Below, piece after piece: positions 29,279-38,812 of a stretch of DNA of 64,000 nt. The position numbers and the translations under genes are program-made. The stretch comes from an uncultured Acidobacteriota bacterium (lineage in GTDB: Bacteria > Acidobacteriota > Terriglobia > Acidiferrales > UBA7541). Numbering within the stretch: position 1 is the stretch's first letter; every line of letters begins with the position of its first letter. The stretch covers positions 64,666 to 128,665 of the forward strand of contig CAWENN010000001.1 of NCBI GenBank assembly GCA_963810565.1, read 5' to 3'. The notes under the pieces are model-generated. The model worked only from the letters and a program-made list of their open reading frames with translations. It was not told the DNA's origin and made no database searches.

Positions 29279-29307
29279 TTCCAGTTGTAAATCATTTGCA
29301 ACTGGAA
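29279..29307. promoter_or_regulatory. 29-bp near-perfect palindrome, Fur-family-box-like operator or 5'-UTR hairpin
   Basis: TTCCAGTTGTAAATCATTTGCAACTGGAA pairs at 13 of 14 arm positions. The core TGTAAAT-c-ATTTGCA resembles the 7-1-7 Fur/PerR/Zur boxes. It ends 5 nt before the FTR1 ATG. Confidence 0.55.
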
Positions 29308-29312
29308 AAGAT

Positions 29313-30575
29313 ATGCTCTCTGCCCTGCTCCTGGCTCTCCGTGAAGGCGTTGAAGCCGCCCTCGTTGTCGGCATCGTCCTCGTCTATCTGAATCGCACCG
29401 GTCGTCGCGCGCTCGCGAGCTATGTGTGGGCCGGCGTGATATTTGCTTCCGCAGCCAGCGTTGCCGCGGCCGTGCTGCTCGATCGCTGGCAGGTCAGCGA
29501 AGATGGCTTTGAAGGCCTGCTGATGCTGGTCGCCTCCGTGCTCGTGATTTCCATGATCGTGTGGATGAACCGCGTGGCGCGGCATCTGAAGAAAGAAATC
29601 GAGCAGCGTGTGGAAGCCTACGCGCAAAAATCCACGCGCGCCGCCGGTTGGGGCATTGGCGTTTTTGTCTTTCTGATGGTGGTGCGCGAGGGCGCCGAAC
29701 TGGTGTTGGTGTTACGCGCGGTGGAGCTATCGAGTGCGGGCGTGCAGGTGTGGATCGGTACCTCCATCGGCATTGCCATCGCAATTGCAGTGGGCGTTTT
29801 CTTCTTCCAAGGCACCCTGAAGATTCCATTGCACCGCTTTTTCAAGGCCACCAGCGCGATTTTGATGGTAGTCGCCTTCCAATTGGCGCTGACCGGCGTC
29901 CATGAACTCAGCGAGGCGATGTGGATTCCCTCGAGCAAGACGGAAATGTCCACCATCGGCCCGATCGTGCGCAACGAAGTCTTCTTCTTCGTTTTGATCC
30001 TGGGCGCTGCCGCGCTGGTCGTACTTCGAGAATGGTTTAGCGCGAAGCAGCCGCTCGCGGATGCCGCCGCGAATCCCGCCGAGCGGCGCATGCGCGAGTA
30101 CGAATTCCGTCGCCAGCGGCGCTGGAGTTTTGCCGCGGCGATTTTATGCGTCGCGGTGGTGCTTTGCTTCGCCGGCGATTATGTGTACGGCCGCGTGTCC
30201 GCGGCTCCCTCGCCGGCAAAGACGCTCGTGGCTCAAGACGACGAGGTCCGCATCCCGCTATCGGAGCTTACGGACGCGAGCCTGCACTTTTATAAAGCCG
30301 ACGTGAACAACACGGTGATCCGCTTTCTAGTGATTCATAAGCAAAACGGCGATTACGCCGTGGCGCTGGACGCCTGCCAGATTTGCGGCACCGCCGGTTA
30401 CCGCCAGGAAGGCCAGACCGTCATCTGCCGGAATTGCGGTGCTGCGATTTACATTCCCTCGATCGGCCAATCAGGCGGTTGCAATCCCATCAGCGTGAAA
30501 TCCCGCGTTGCAGGAGGCGAAGTGATCGTGGACCTTTCGGCGTTGGGCGACGCCGCCTCCAAGATTCACTCCTAG
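29313..30575 (+). CDS. FTR1-family iron permease fused to a DUF2318 Cys-rich domain
   Basis: Two REGxE motifs (REGVEA, REGAEL) in a multi-TM N-terminal part. The C-terminal part carries CQICG, CRNCG and GGCNP, typical of DUF2318. Confidence 0.85.
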   Translation: MLSALLLALREGVEAALVVGIVLVYLNRTGRRALASYVWAGVIFASAASVAAAVLLDRWQVSEDGFEGLLMLVASVLVISMIVWMNRVARHLKKEIEQRVEAYAQKSTRAAGWGIGVFVFLMVVREGAELVLVLRAVELSSAGVQVWIGTSIGIAIAIAVGVFFFQGTLKIPLHRFFKATSAILMVVAFQLALTGVHELSEAMWIPSSKTEMSTIGPIVRNEVFFFVLILGAAALVVLREWFSAKQPLADAAANPAERRMREYEFRRQRRWSFAAAILCVAVVLCFAGDYVYGRVSAAPSPAKTLVAQDDEVRIPLSELTDASLHFYKADVNNTVIRFLVIHKQNGDYAVALDACQICGTAGYRQEGQTVICRNCGAAIYIPSIGQSGGCNPISVKSRVAGGEVIVDLSALGDAASKIHS

Positions 30576-30578
30576 CGC

Positions 30579-31907
30579 ATGTTCGCTCGCCTGGTACGAG
30601 AATCCTTCGTTCGCAATCCACGCCGGAAAATGCTGACCGCTGCCGCGCTGGTTGTGGGCATGGCGGTAACGACCGCGACGCTTACGATTGCGCTGGAAGT
30701 GGGCGATCGGCTGGCGCGCGAATTCCGAAGCCTGGGCGCGAATCTATTGGTGACGCCCGAATCGGACACGCTGCCGGTGGAAATCGGCGGCGTGGATTAT
30801 CGCCCCGTGGATGAAGGCGCGTACCTGAAAGAAGCCGACCTCGGCAAATTGAAAACAATTTTCTGGCGGCACAATATTTTGGGGTTTACGCCGTTTCTCG
30901 ATGTTCCTGCCTCCGTATCCGATCAGCAAGGCAAGCCGACGGTTCCTGTGATCTTGATTGGGACCTGGTACGAGCACGGTGTGCCAGTCCCGGACGGGAC
31001 GACATTCAAGACCGGCGCGAGCGCTACGCATCCGTGGTGGAAGATTGAAGGCCGTTGGTTTGCTGATGGCGCGGACGAATGCGTGTTGGGTGCGGCGTTC
31101 GCGCAGACGATGCCGGGCATTGAGCCGGGCCAGACGGTCTACGTGAGCGACCGGGGCGATGGCGACCGGAAAAACGCAGGCGTCACGCCGCTCTTGGTGA
31201 CGGGTATTGTGTCGGCGGATGACGCCGAAGATAGGGCAATCCTGGTGCCGCTTGCGGTGGCGCAAAAAATATCTGGCCACGCCGGCGAATTTCGCCAGCT
31301 TTTCGTAAGTGCTTTGACCAAACCCGCCGACGCCCTAGCCGAACGCGGCGAGCGTGCACAAACGGACAAGAGCATTCAACTCACCCCCACGGAATACGAT
31401 CGTTGGTTCTGTTCTCCGTATATCTCTTCGATCAGCTACCAAATCAAGACGGTGTTGCCCGGCACCGATGTGCATGCTATCCGGCGCGTCGCCGAAACCG
31501 AAGGCCGCGTGCTCGATCGCGTGGGCACGTTGCTTTGGATCGTCACAATCGCAGCTCTCATCGCTGCCGCGCTGGCGGTGGCAGCCACGTCTGCGACGAC
31601 GGTCTTGGAACGCCAGGCAGAAATTGGCGTGATGAAGGCTCTTGGCGCCAGCAACGCGCTGGTGAATGGGATTTTTCTCGCGGAGCAGGTATTGCTGGCG
31701 ATTACAGGCGGCGCCATCGGGTTCGTGGCCGGCACGTTTTTCGCCAGGTTCCTGGGCGCGAGCGTCTTCGGAAGTCCGGCGTCGCCGCGGCTGATCCTGT
31801 TGCCAATCGTGCTGGGACTTGCCGCGATTGTGGCGATTGCGGGCAGTCTGCTGCCTCTGCGCCGTGCCGCGCATTTCGAGCCGGCGCTGATTCTGAGGGG
31901 CGGATGA
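30579..31907 (+). CDS. FtsX/MacB-type ABC transporter permease
   Basis: 442 aa with an N-terminal TM, a large periplasmic domain and a C-terminal 3-TM FtsX module (GVMKALGASN). Starts 3 nt after the FTR1 stop. Confidence 0.85.
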   Translation: MFARLVRESFVRNPRRKMLTAAALVVGMAVTTATLTIALEVGDRLAREFRSLGANLLVTPESDTLPVEIGGVDYRPVDEGAYLKEADLGKLKTIFWRHNILGFTPFLDVPASVSDQQGKPTVPVILIGTWYEHGVPVPDGTTFKTGASATHPWWKIEGRWFADGADECVLGAAFAQTMPGIEPGQTVYVSDRGDGDRKNAGVTPLLVTGIVSADDAEDRAILVPLAVAQKISGHAGEFRQLFVSALTKPADALAERGERAQTDKSIQLTPTEYDRWFCSPYISSISYQIKTVLPGTDVHAIRRVAETEGRVLDRVGTLLWIVTIAALIAAALAVAATSATTVLERQAEIGVMKALGASNALVNGIFLAEQVLLAITGGAIGFVAGTFFARFLGASVFGSPASPRLILLPIVLGLAAIVAIAGSLLPLRRAAHFEPALILRGG

Positions 31908-33049
31908 TGTTCTGGCGGCTCGTGTTTCAGCTTCTGCGCGGCAGTCGTGGCCGGTTGGCCGTCGCGATTCTGGCGATCGTCAGTGGAGCCGCGGTGATTT
32001 CCGCGCTGCTGAATCTCGATCTCGGCGTGCAGAGCAAATTGACGCAGGAATTTCGGTCATTGGGCGCAAATGTGGTGATTTCTCCGGCGACAGGCGCAGC
32101 AACGCAGAACGGCGCAGTGCCGGCCTCCTTGATGCGGGAGGATGAAGTTCTTCCGCCACTCCAGCGCGTGCAATCGCCGGAAGTGGCCGCCGTTGCGCCG
32201 TATCTTTATATCGTTGCACGCGCGCAGGGCACGCCTGTCGTAGTGGCGGGTACGTGGCTGGATCAAGCGCAAAAGCTGGAGCCGACGTGGAAGCTGGAAG
32301 GGAATTGGATTTCGTCGCGCGAAGATAACTCGCAATGCCTGATCGGCCGCGCGGTTGCGCGCCAGTTCCATCTTGCACCGGGCGGCGTGCTCAGGTTCGA
32401 TTACTTAACTCGCTCCGCACAGTGCATAGTCTCCGGAATCGTAGATGCCGGCGGCACCGAAGACGATCAGGTCTTCGCCAGCCTGCATACCGTGCAAGTG
32501 CTGGCGAATTTGGGAGGACAGATCGGCTTGGTGCAGATCAGCGCGGCGGGCACCGCCAAGACGATCGCGGACTATACTGCGCGCGTGGCCGGCGCCCTGC
32601 CTGCTGGCGTGCAGGTCCGGCCGATTCGTCAAGTCACCGAGGCCGAAGGCGCGTTGCTCGGCCGCATCCAGCTCCTGATCATCTCGATGGTGCTGTTGAT
32701 CCTGATACTTACGGCGCTCTGCGTTCTGGGCACCATGGCGGCGCTGGCGATGGAACGTCGCAAAGACGTGGGCCTGATGAAATCGCTCGGTGGTTCGATT
32801 TCGCGAATCGTTGGATTATTCTTGGCCGAAGTGGGCGTGTTGGGCGCGCTTGGCGGACTGCTCGGCGCGTTCATCGGAGTCGGGCTCTCCTATTGGATGG
32901 GCCTGCGGGTCTTCGGCACTGGGATCACGCCACGCTGGGAAATTTTCCCGGTGACGATCGTGCTGATGATCGTGGTAGCGATGGCGGGTGCATTGCCGCT
33001 GCGCACGTTGGGTAATGTGAAGCCGGCCGTAATTTTGCGGGGAGAATAG
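31904..33049 (+). CDS. FtsX/MacB-type ABC transporter permease (second copy)
   Basis: In-frame ATG 31904 (MMFWRLVFQLLRGS) overlaps the preceding stop (ATGA). Same architecture (GLMKSLGGS). The track start at 31403 is a 5' extension. Confidence 0.85.
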   Translation: MMFWRLVFQLLRGSRGRLAVAILAIVSGAAVISALLNLDLGVQSKLTQEFRSLGANVVISPATGAATQNGAVPASLMREDEVLPPLQRVQSPEVAAVAPYLYIVARAQGTPVVVAGTWLDQAQKLEPTWKLEGNWISSREDNSQCLIGRAVARQFHLAPGGVLRFDYLTRSAQCIVSGIVDAGGTEDDQVFASLHTVQVLANLGGQIGLVQISAAGTAKTIADYTARVAGALPAGVQVRPIRQVTEAEGALLGRIQLLIISMVLLILILTALCVLGTMAALAMERRKDVGLMKSLGGSISRIVGLFLAEVGVLGALGGLLGAFIGVGLSYWMGLRVFGTGITPRWEIFPVTIVLMIVVAMAGALPLRTLGNVKPAVILRGE

Positions 33050-33055
33050 AGAATC

Positions 33056-33739
33056 GTGGCCACATTGGTTGAGATCGAAAATCTGCGCAAGGAATTTGGC
33101 AGCGTGCGTGCGCTCGACGGTGTCTCGCTCCGCGTCGAGGAAGGCGAATGGATCGCCATCATGGGCCCGTCGGGTTCTGGAAAAACCACGCTGATCAATA
33201 TTCTTGGGGGGCTTGATTCTCCCACATCCGGTCAAGCCATCGTGGCCGGCACCGACGTTGCGCGCCTGGACGACGCCGGGCTCACGCGCTTCCGTGCTGA
33301 AAAAATCGGCTTCGTGTTCCAGCAGTTCCATTTGGTGCCGTACCTAACGGCGCTCGAAAACGTGATGCTCGCGCAATACTTTCACAGCATCACCGACGAG
33401 AAGGAAGCCCGCCAGTCGCTCGAGCGCGTCGGCTTGGCTGATCGTGCGGAGCATCTCCCTTCGCAGTTATCGGGCGGTGAGCAACAACGTGTGGCTGTCG
33501 CTCGAGCCTTGATCAATCATCCGAAGCTCATTCTCGCGGATGAGCCCACAGGCAACCTCGACGAAGTGAACGAACAGATCGTGCTTAATCTGCTGCGCGA
33601 ATTGCACCGGGAAGGGCACACGATCTTGATGGTGACTCACGCAGCGACCATCGGACAACTCGCCGACCGGCGCATCGAACTCGCGCACGGCCGTTTGGCC
33701 AATGTCGGCTCAACGGCTCTCAAACCCGAGCCGGTGTGA
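33056..33739 (+). CDS. ABC transporter ATP-binding protein (MacB/LolD-like)
   Basis: Walker A GPSGSGKTT, signature [15 protein letters not shown], Walker B LILADEPTGNLD. GTG start. Confidence 0.9.
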   Translation: MATLVEIENLRKEFGSVRALDGVSLRVEEGEWIAIMGPSGSGKTTLINILGGLDSPTSGQAIVAGTDVARLDDAGLTRFRAEKIGFVFQQFHLVPYLTALENVMLAQYFHSITDEKEARQSLERVGLADRAEHLPSQLSGGEQQRVAVARALINHPKLILADEPTGNLDEVNEQIVLNLLRELHREGHTILMVTHAATIGQLADRRIELAHGRLANVGSTALKPEPV

Positions 33740-33814
33740 CGGCGCTGCTGGCCTCGAATGTGGCACACTATGTCATGGGAAACCGCGCGCGATCAGTGAC
33801 CGGTTAAATTTAGA

Positions 33815-34198
33815 ATGCCAATACCACAGGATGTTCGTAAGAAACCGATGGGTGTCAAGGTCCACGTCTCGACCGGTGAAGGCGTGGAAATCACTTGGGC
33901 CGACATGCACACCAGCGTCTACACCTTTCCCTACTTGCGTGATCACTGCCCCTGTGCGCTGTGCAACGACGAACGGGAGAAGAAATCGAAAGCGGGGCCT
34001 GCGAGCGCCGTCCTGCCGATGTACAAGCCGCGCGTCACGGCCAAAAGCGCAAACGCGGTGGGAAATTATGCCGTCCAGATCCAATTTTCGGATAGCCATG
34101 CCACGGGAATTTTCAGCTTCGAGCATCTTCGCGAGATTTGCCCGTGCGAGGCATGCGCTCGCGAATTCCGTTCGGCCACCGCTGAAAAGACTGCCTAG
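33815..34198 (+). CDS. DUF971 protein
   Basis: 127 aa with LRDHCPCALC and LREICPCEAC motifs flanking a small beta domain, typical of DUF971. Confidence 0.75.
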   Translation: MPIPQDVRKKPMGVKVHVSTGEGVEITWADMHTSVYTFPYLRDHCPCALCNDEREKKSKAGPASAVLPMYKPRVTAKSANAVGNYAVQIQFSDSHATGIFSFEHLREICPCEACAREFRSATAEKTA

Positions 34199-34320
34199 CG
34201 CTTTGGAACGCGCAGCCCGCGTCGCCAGCCTCGAGTAACCCGCCGGCAAGTACTATGCTCCCGAGCCTTCCATTTTGGGCCAGTTTCAACGTATAGTTCA
34301 TTTCCGCATCTCACGAGCGT

Positions 34321-36618
34321 ATGGTTTCCAACTCCACGGGTCCCACATTCACGCCGGGTCGCATCCGCCCAGTTGCGAAAGTCCTGGTGGCCACCACGGC
34401 CATGCTGGCTTTCATTTCTTTCTGGCGCGCTGCCGCGATTGTCCTCAATGACCTCGCTTCTTCCGCCTATTACGCCGGTGGCGAGGCCGAGCAATTCATC
34501 GGCAAGACGGCGCCCTGGTTCATCCTCGGCATCATGCTGTTTTCCTACGCGGTACGCGCTATTTACGTGGAAAGCTGCAGCATGTTCGTGCGCGGCGGCG
34601 TGTATCGCGTCGTAAAGGAAGCGCTCGGCGGCACACTCGCCAAATTCTCCGTTTCAGCGCTGATGTTTGATTACGTCCTCACCGGGCCCATCAGCGGCGT
34701 TTCCGCTGGACAGTACCTCGTGGGCGTGATCAACGAGCTTTTCCATCACGCGGGGCTCGGTCTTCAACTGAACGTGAATTTCACTGCCGCCAGTGTGGCG
34801 ATAGCCATCACGCTCTATTTCTGGTGGGAAAATATCAAAGGCGTTCCGGAATCCAGCGGCAAAGCGTTGCGCATCATGGAACTCACCACCGTGATGGTGG
34901 TGATACTCATTACTTGGTGCGTTTACACGCTGTGGGTGCGCGGGGGCTGGCATTTGCCGCCGCTGCCCACGCCGCAGAACATGAAGCTCGACAAGGGCTC
35001 CCTAGGCTGGCTCGATCATTACCACTGGGCGCACACGATCACGCTGATTATCATTTTCGTCGGGCTGGGTCACTCCGTGCTGGCGATGAGCGGCGAAGAA
35101 TCGCTGGCGCAGGTTTACCGCGAAATCGAGCATCCCAAGCTCAAGAACCTGAAAAAAGCCGGGCTCGTGATTTTCATCTACAGCCTGGTGTTTACTTCGC
35201 TGGTGTCGTTCTTCGCCGTGATGATCATTCCGGACAATGTGCGCGGCAATTTCACCGAGAACCTGATCGGTGGCCTCGCGATGCATCTGGTCGGAAGTTT
35301 TCCCGTGCGTCTGGCGTTCCACGTGTTCGTGGTCGTGGTAGGCACGCTGATCCTGGCCGGCGCCGTCAACACCGCGATTGTTGGGTCCAACGGCGTTCTA
35401 AACCGGGTGTCGGAAGACGGGGTCTTAACGGACTGGTTTCGCCATCCGCACGCGCGGTTCGGCACCACCGATCGCATTATCAATATGGTGGTCTTGTTTC
35501 AGATCATCACCATCATCGCCAGTCGCGGCGACGTGACCTTCCTTGGCAACCTCTACGCCTTTGGTGTGATCTGGAGTTTTTCGATGAAGGGCATCGCGGT
35601 GCTGGTATTGCGCTACACGCACCCGCAGGACCGCGAATATCGCGTGCCGCTGAACCCCGTGATTTTCGGCAAAGAAATTCCAATCGGCCTCGGCCTGATC
35701 ACTTTGGTGCTTTTCGCCATCGCAGTGATTAACCTGTTTACCAAGCCCCAAGCGACCATCGCGGGAATCACGTTCACAATTTTACTTTTCACAGTGTTCG
35801 AAATTTCCGAGCACCGCATGCGTGTCCGCGCCGCCGGTGCCGCGCACGTTGAACTCGACCAATTCAATCTTGCGCCGGAAGCCGAGCTGACTCCTACAAG
35901 CGTGGGCGTCGCGCCCGGGAACATTCTCGTGCCGGTCAGCACCTATTACGCCTTGTACCATCTGGAAGCTGCGTTGCGGCGGGTACGCGAAAAGGAAGCG
36001 GAAATCGTGGTGTTGCACGTGCGCATGTTGCGCCGCGCGGCGTCTGGTGAATACGATCTCGCGCCGGATCAGCTCTTCAGCACCATCGAGCAGCTACTCT
36101 TCACCAAAGTGTTGTCGCTTGCGGAAAAGGAAGGCAAACCGGTGCGGCTGGCAGTAGCGGCGGCCAATGACCTTTGGGAAGGCATCCTGCGCACAGCGAT
36201 GAACTTGCAATCCAGCACCATCGTGGCGGGCAGTTCGGCGAAAATGCCCGTCACGGAACAAGCGCGCGAAATCGGCCTCGCCTGGGAACGCATGCCCGAG
36301 CCGCGCCCGCGCGTCACGCTCGAAATTTTCACACCGTCCGGCAAGGAACAAATATTCTATCTCGGTCCGCACGCTCCGCGGCTCACGCCCACGGAAATTG
36401 ACCTGCTGCACCGTGTCTGGTTGGAGTTGAGCGACAAGCTTCCCGGAGAAGAAGTGCATCACCACGATGTGGTGCATTTCGCCCTCACCGAAGTCGAACG
36501 CGAAATGAGGCAAGGTGAAGTGGATACCGTGGTCGAGCGGCTGCGCCAGCACTTGCGCGACATTGAGAACCGCCGCCAGATGAGCAGCGACGATGTCAGA
36601 AAACTACCCGGAACCTAG
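34321..36618 (+). CDS. APC-superfamily permease fused to a universal-stress-protein-like domain
   Basis: A multi-TM permease of about 470 aa, then a USP-like alpha/beta domain (ILVPVSTYY, EIVVLHV, STIVAGSS) and about 130 further C-terminal residues. Confidence 0.8.
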   Translation: MVSNSTGPTFTPGRIRPVAKVLVATTAMLAFISFWRAAAIVLNDLASSAYYAGGEAEQFIGKTAPWFILGIMLFSYAVRAIYVESCSMFVRGGVYRVVKEALGGTLAKFSVSALMFDYVLTGPISGVSAGQYLVGVINELFHHAGLGLQLNVNFTAASVAIAITLYFWWENIKGVPESSGKALRIMELTTVMVVILITWCVYTLWVRGGWHLPPLPTPQNMKLDKGSLGWLDHYHWAHTITLIIIFVGLGHSVLAMSGEESLAQVYREIEHPKLKNLKKAGLVIFIYSLVFTSLVSFFAVMIIPDNVRGNFTENLIGGLAMHLVGSFPVRLAFHVFVVVVGTLILAGAVNTAIVGSNGVLNRVSEDGVLTDWFRHPHARFGTTDRIINMVVLFQIITIIASRGDVTFLGNLYAFGVIWSFSMKGIAVLVLRYTHPQDREYRVPLNPVIFGKEIPIGLGLITLVLFAIAVINLFTKPQATIAGITFTILLFTVFEISEHRMRVRAAGAAHVELDQFNLAPEAELTPTSVGVAPGNILVPVSTYYALYHLEAALRRVREKEAEIVVLHVRMLRRAASGEYDLAPDQLFSTIEQLLFTKVLSLAEKEGKPVRLAVAAANDLWEGILRTAMNLQSSTIVAGSSAKMPVTEQAREIGLAWERMPEPRPRVTLEIFTPSGKEQIFYLGPHAPRLTPTEIDLLHRVWLELSDKLPGEEVHHHDVVHFALTEVEREMRQGEVDTVVERLRQHLRDIENRRQMSSDDVRKLPGT

Positions 36619-36684
36619 GCGCCATTACCGCTATCAGCCGCTGACGCTACTCCTGCCGATTCCCAAAGCAACCACGAAGTGCGA

Positions 36685-37119
36685 TCAAGCCGGTATCGCT
36701 GATGTGCAATTGGGACAGCGTGTCGCCTTCAGCGGAATTTTCGAGACGCAATAGGGGCAATCCTTGGTGGTGGGCGCGGCGGCCGTTGCCGGCTTATTCC
36801 AGCGATTCACTGCGCGCACCAGCAGAAAGACCGCGAAAGCAACGATTAGAAAGTCCACTACGTTATTAAGGAAGACACCGTAATTGAGCGTGGCTGCACC
36901 CGCGGCTTTGGCTTCCGCGAGCGAAGAATATGATTTCCCGGAAAGGTTCAGAAACAGACTGGAAAAATCCACCTTGCCGAGAATAAGTCCGATCGGCGGC
37001 ATGATGATGTCTGAAACCAGCGACGAAACGATTTTTCCAAATGCAGCGCCGAGGATAAAACCGACGGCCAGGTCCATCACGTTGCCCTTCATCGCAAATT
37101 CTTTGAACTCTTTCAGCAC
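36685..37119 (-). CDS. mscL: large-conductance mechanosensitive channel MscL with C-terminal zinc-ribbon
   Basis: [44 protein letters not shown] is the canonical MscL N-terminus and TM1. The tail is CPYC-x12-CPNC. GAGGAG SD 7 nt upstream. Confidence 0.9.
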   Translation of the reverse strand: MLKEFKEFAMKGNVMDLAVGFILGAAFGKIVSSLVSDIIMPPIGLILGKVDFSSLFLNLSGKSYSSLAEAKAAGAATLNYGVFLNNVVDFLIVAFAVFLLVRAVNRWNKPATAAAPTTKDCPYCVSKIPLKATRCPNCTSAIPA

Positions 37120-37348
37120 GGTTGTTCTCCTCAGTATTTCGAATGGGCCGCCGGTTTCAAGCGAGACGGCGCTGGGCGTTCGGTATGTGGCGTCCCATGC
37201 TGCTGCGCGGGAGATTATCCGGTAAGGCCTGTTGCAGGCAAGGACAAACGATGGATTTATCGGATTCGCTGGATCGGCATCGTACTTGGGCTGCCAACGG
37301 ATTCTTGTCCGGTGGAAACGCTGACCGATTCAATTTTTCGGGTTTCGC

Positions 37349-37708
37349 TTACGCGCGACGAAGTGAAAACACTGCGCCCAAGAGGCCGCGCAGGACCAGT
37401 ACCGAGCCCGCCACGCTCAGCAAGAGCGGCGCATAGCGCACGGACAAAAACGGAATCGCCAGCACCGCAATTCCCACCAGAGCCAGCGAACCCGCGCGGA
37501 TCTTTGCTTCCGCGCACGAGGTCTTAGGGTCTTTCCGCATGCCCGCGCGCGCCCCCCAATAGATAAATACGATTCCTAATGCAATCAGAGCCGCCGGGCG
37601 CTCCGGAAGTCCTATGCGGCCCGAGATTGCAAGTAGAATGAGCAGCGCGCCGAGAAGTAACACGATGAATTCGCTGAGCAGCTTGAAGAGGTTTTGCGGA
37701 ATCGCCAT
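37349..37708 (-). CDS. small integral membrane protein, unknown family
   Basis: 119 aa with about four hydrophobic segments and no recognisable motif. Confidence 0.5.
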   Translation of the reverse strand: MAIPQNLFKLLSEFIVLLLGALLILLAISGRIGLPERPAALIALGIVFIYWGARAGMRKDPKTSCAEAKIRAGSLALVGIAVLAIPFLSVRYAPLLLSVAGSVLVLRGLLGAVFSLRRA

Positions 37709-37892
37709 AATCGCAGTCCGTCTGCGGCCATTATCCCGCAGCGTACGGGGCCACGCAAACGTGGCGCGATTGGCTGCGCGCTAACGAACGCAGCCGCCGA
37801 GGCTGTTGGCCCACGCCTGGAATGGTACAATAGGCGATTGGGTCTGTATCGCCGCGCGGCTTTTAGCATCCAATACTCGGGAGAGAAATTCA

Positions 37893-38807
37893 GTGCACAA
37901 GGTGATTATCATCGGTAGCGGGTGTGCGGGGTTGACGGCGGCTATCTACGCGGCGCGCGCGGATTTGAGCCCTTTGGTGCTCGACGGCTACGAACCCGGC
38001 GGGCAGCTCGCGCTGACCACGATGGTTGAAAATTTTCCGGGTTTTCCGGACGGCATACTCGGGCCCGAGCTGATCGAAAATTCGCGCAAGCAGGCGCAGC
38101 GCTTTGGCACCGAGTTTCGTTCCGGTGCGGTGACGTCGGTGGACCTGAGCCATCGTCCGTTCAAGATCGTTGCCGGTAAGGAATCGTACGAGGCAGAGAC
38201 GCTGATCGTCGCGGCAGGGGCGTCGGCGCGCATGTTGGGGATCGAATCGGAGCGTCACCTTCTGGGCCACGGCGTTTCCACCTGCGCCACGTGCGACGGT
38301 TTCTTTTTCCGCGGCAAGGAAATCATGGTCGTCGGAGGCGGAGACACCGCCATGGAGGAAGCCACCTTCCTCACCAAATTTGCGAGCAAAGTTACCCTGT
38401 TGCATCGCCGCAACGAATTCCGCGCCACGAAGATCATGCTGGATCGCGCGCACGCTAACGAGAAAATTCAATTTCTCACACCGTACGTGGTCGAAGAAGT
38501 ACACGACATGGACAAGAAGTCCGTCGAAAAAGTGCGCGTCCTGAACGTGGAAACGAAGGACACCCGTGAGATCGAGGTGTCCGGTGTTTTCGTCGCGATC
38601 GGCCACGATCCGAACACCAAAATCTTCAAAGGCCAGCTCGATATGGACGAGAACGGATACCTCATCACGCATGACGGCCCGAAAACGAATGTCGAAGGTG
38701 TTTTTGCGGCGGGCGACGTACAAGATCATCATTACCGCCAGGCCATCACTGCCGCCGGCTCCGGATGCATGGCTGCCATTGAGGCCGAGCGTTTCCTGGA
38801 GCGATAA
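37893..38807 (+). CDS. trxB: thioredoxin-disulfide reductase
   Basis: GTG 37893 (VHKVIIIGSGCAGLTAAIYAAR) lies 8 nt after GGGAGA. Redox-active CATCDG and a second Rossmann motif VVGGGDTAMEEA. Confidence 0.9.
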   Translation: MHKVIIIGSGCAGLTAAIYAARADLSPLVLDGYEPGGQLALTTMVENFPGFPDGILGPELIENSRKQAQRFGTEFRSGAVTSVDLSHRPFKIVAGKESYEAETLIVAAGASARMLGIESERHLLGHGVSTCATCDGFFFRGKEIMVVGGGDTAMEEATFLTKFASKVTLLHRRNEFRATKIMLDRAHANEKIQFLTPYVVEEVHDMDKKSVEKVRVLNVETKDTREIEVSGVFVAIGHDPNTKIFKGQLDMDENGYLITHDGPKTNVEGVFAAGDVQDHHYRQAITAAGSGCMAAIEAERFLER

Positions 38808-38812
38808 ACCGG

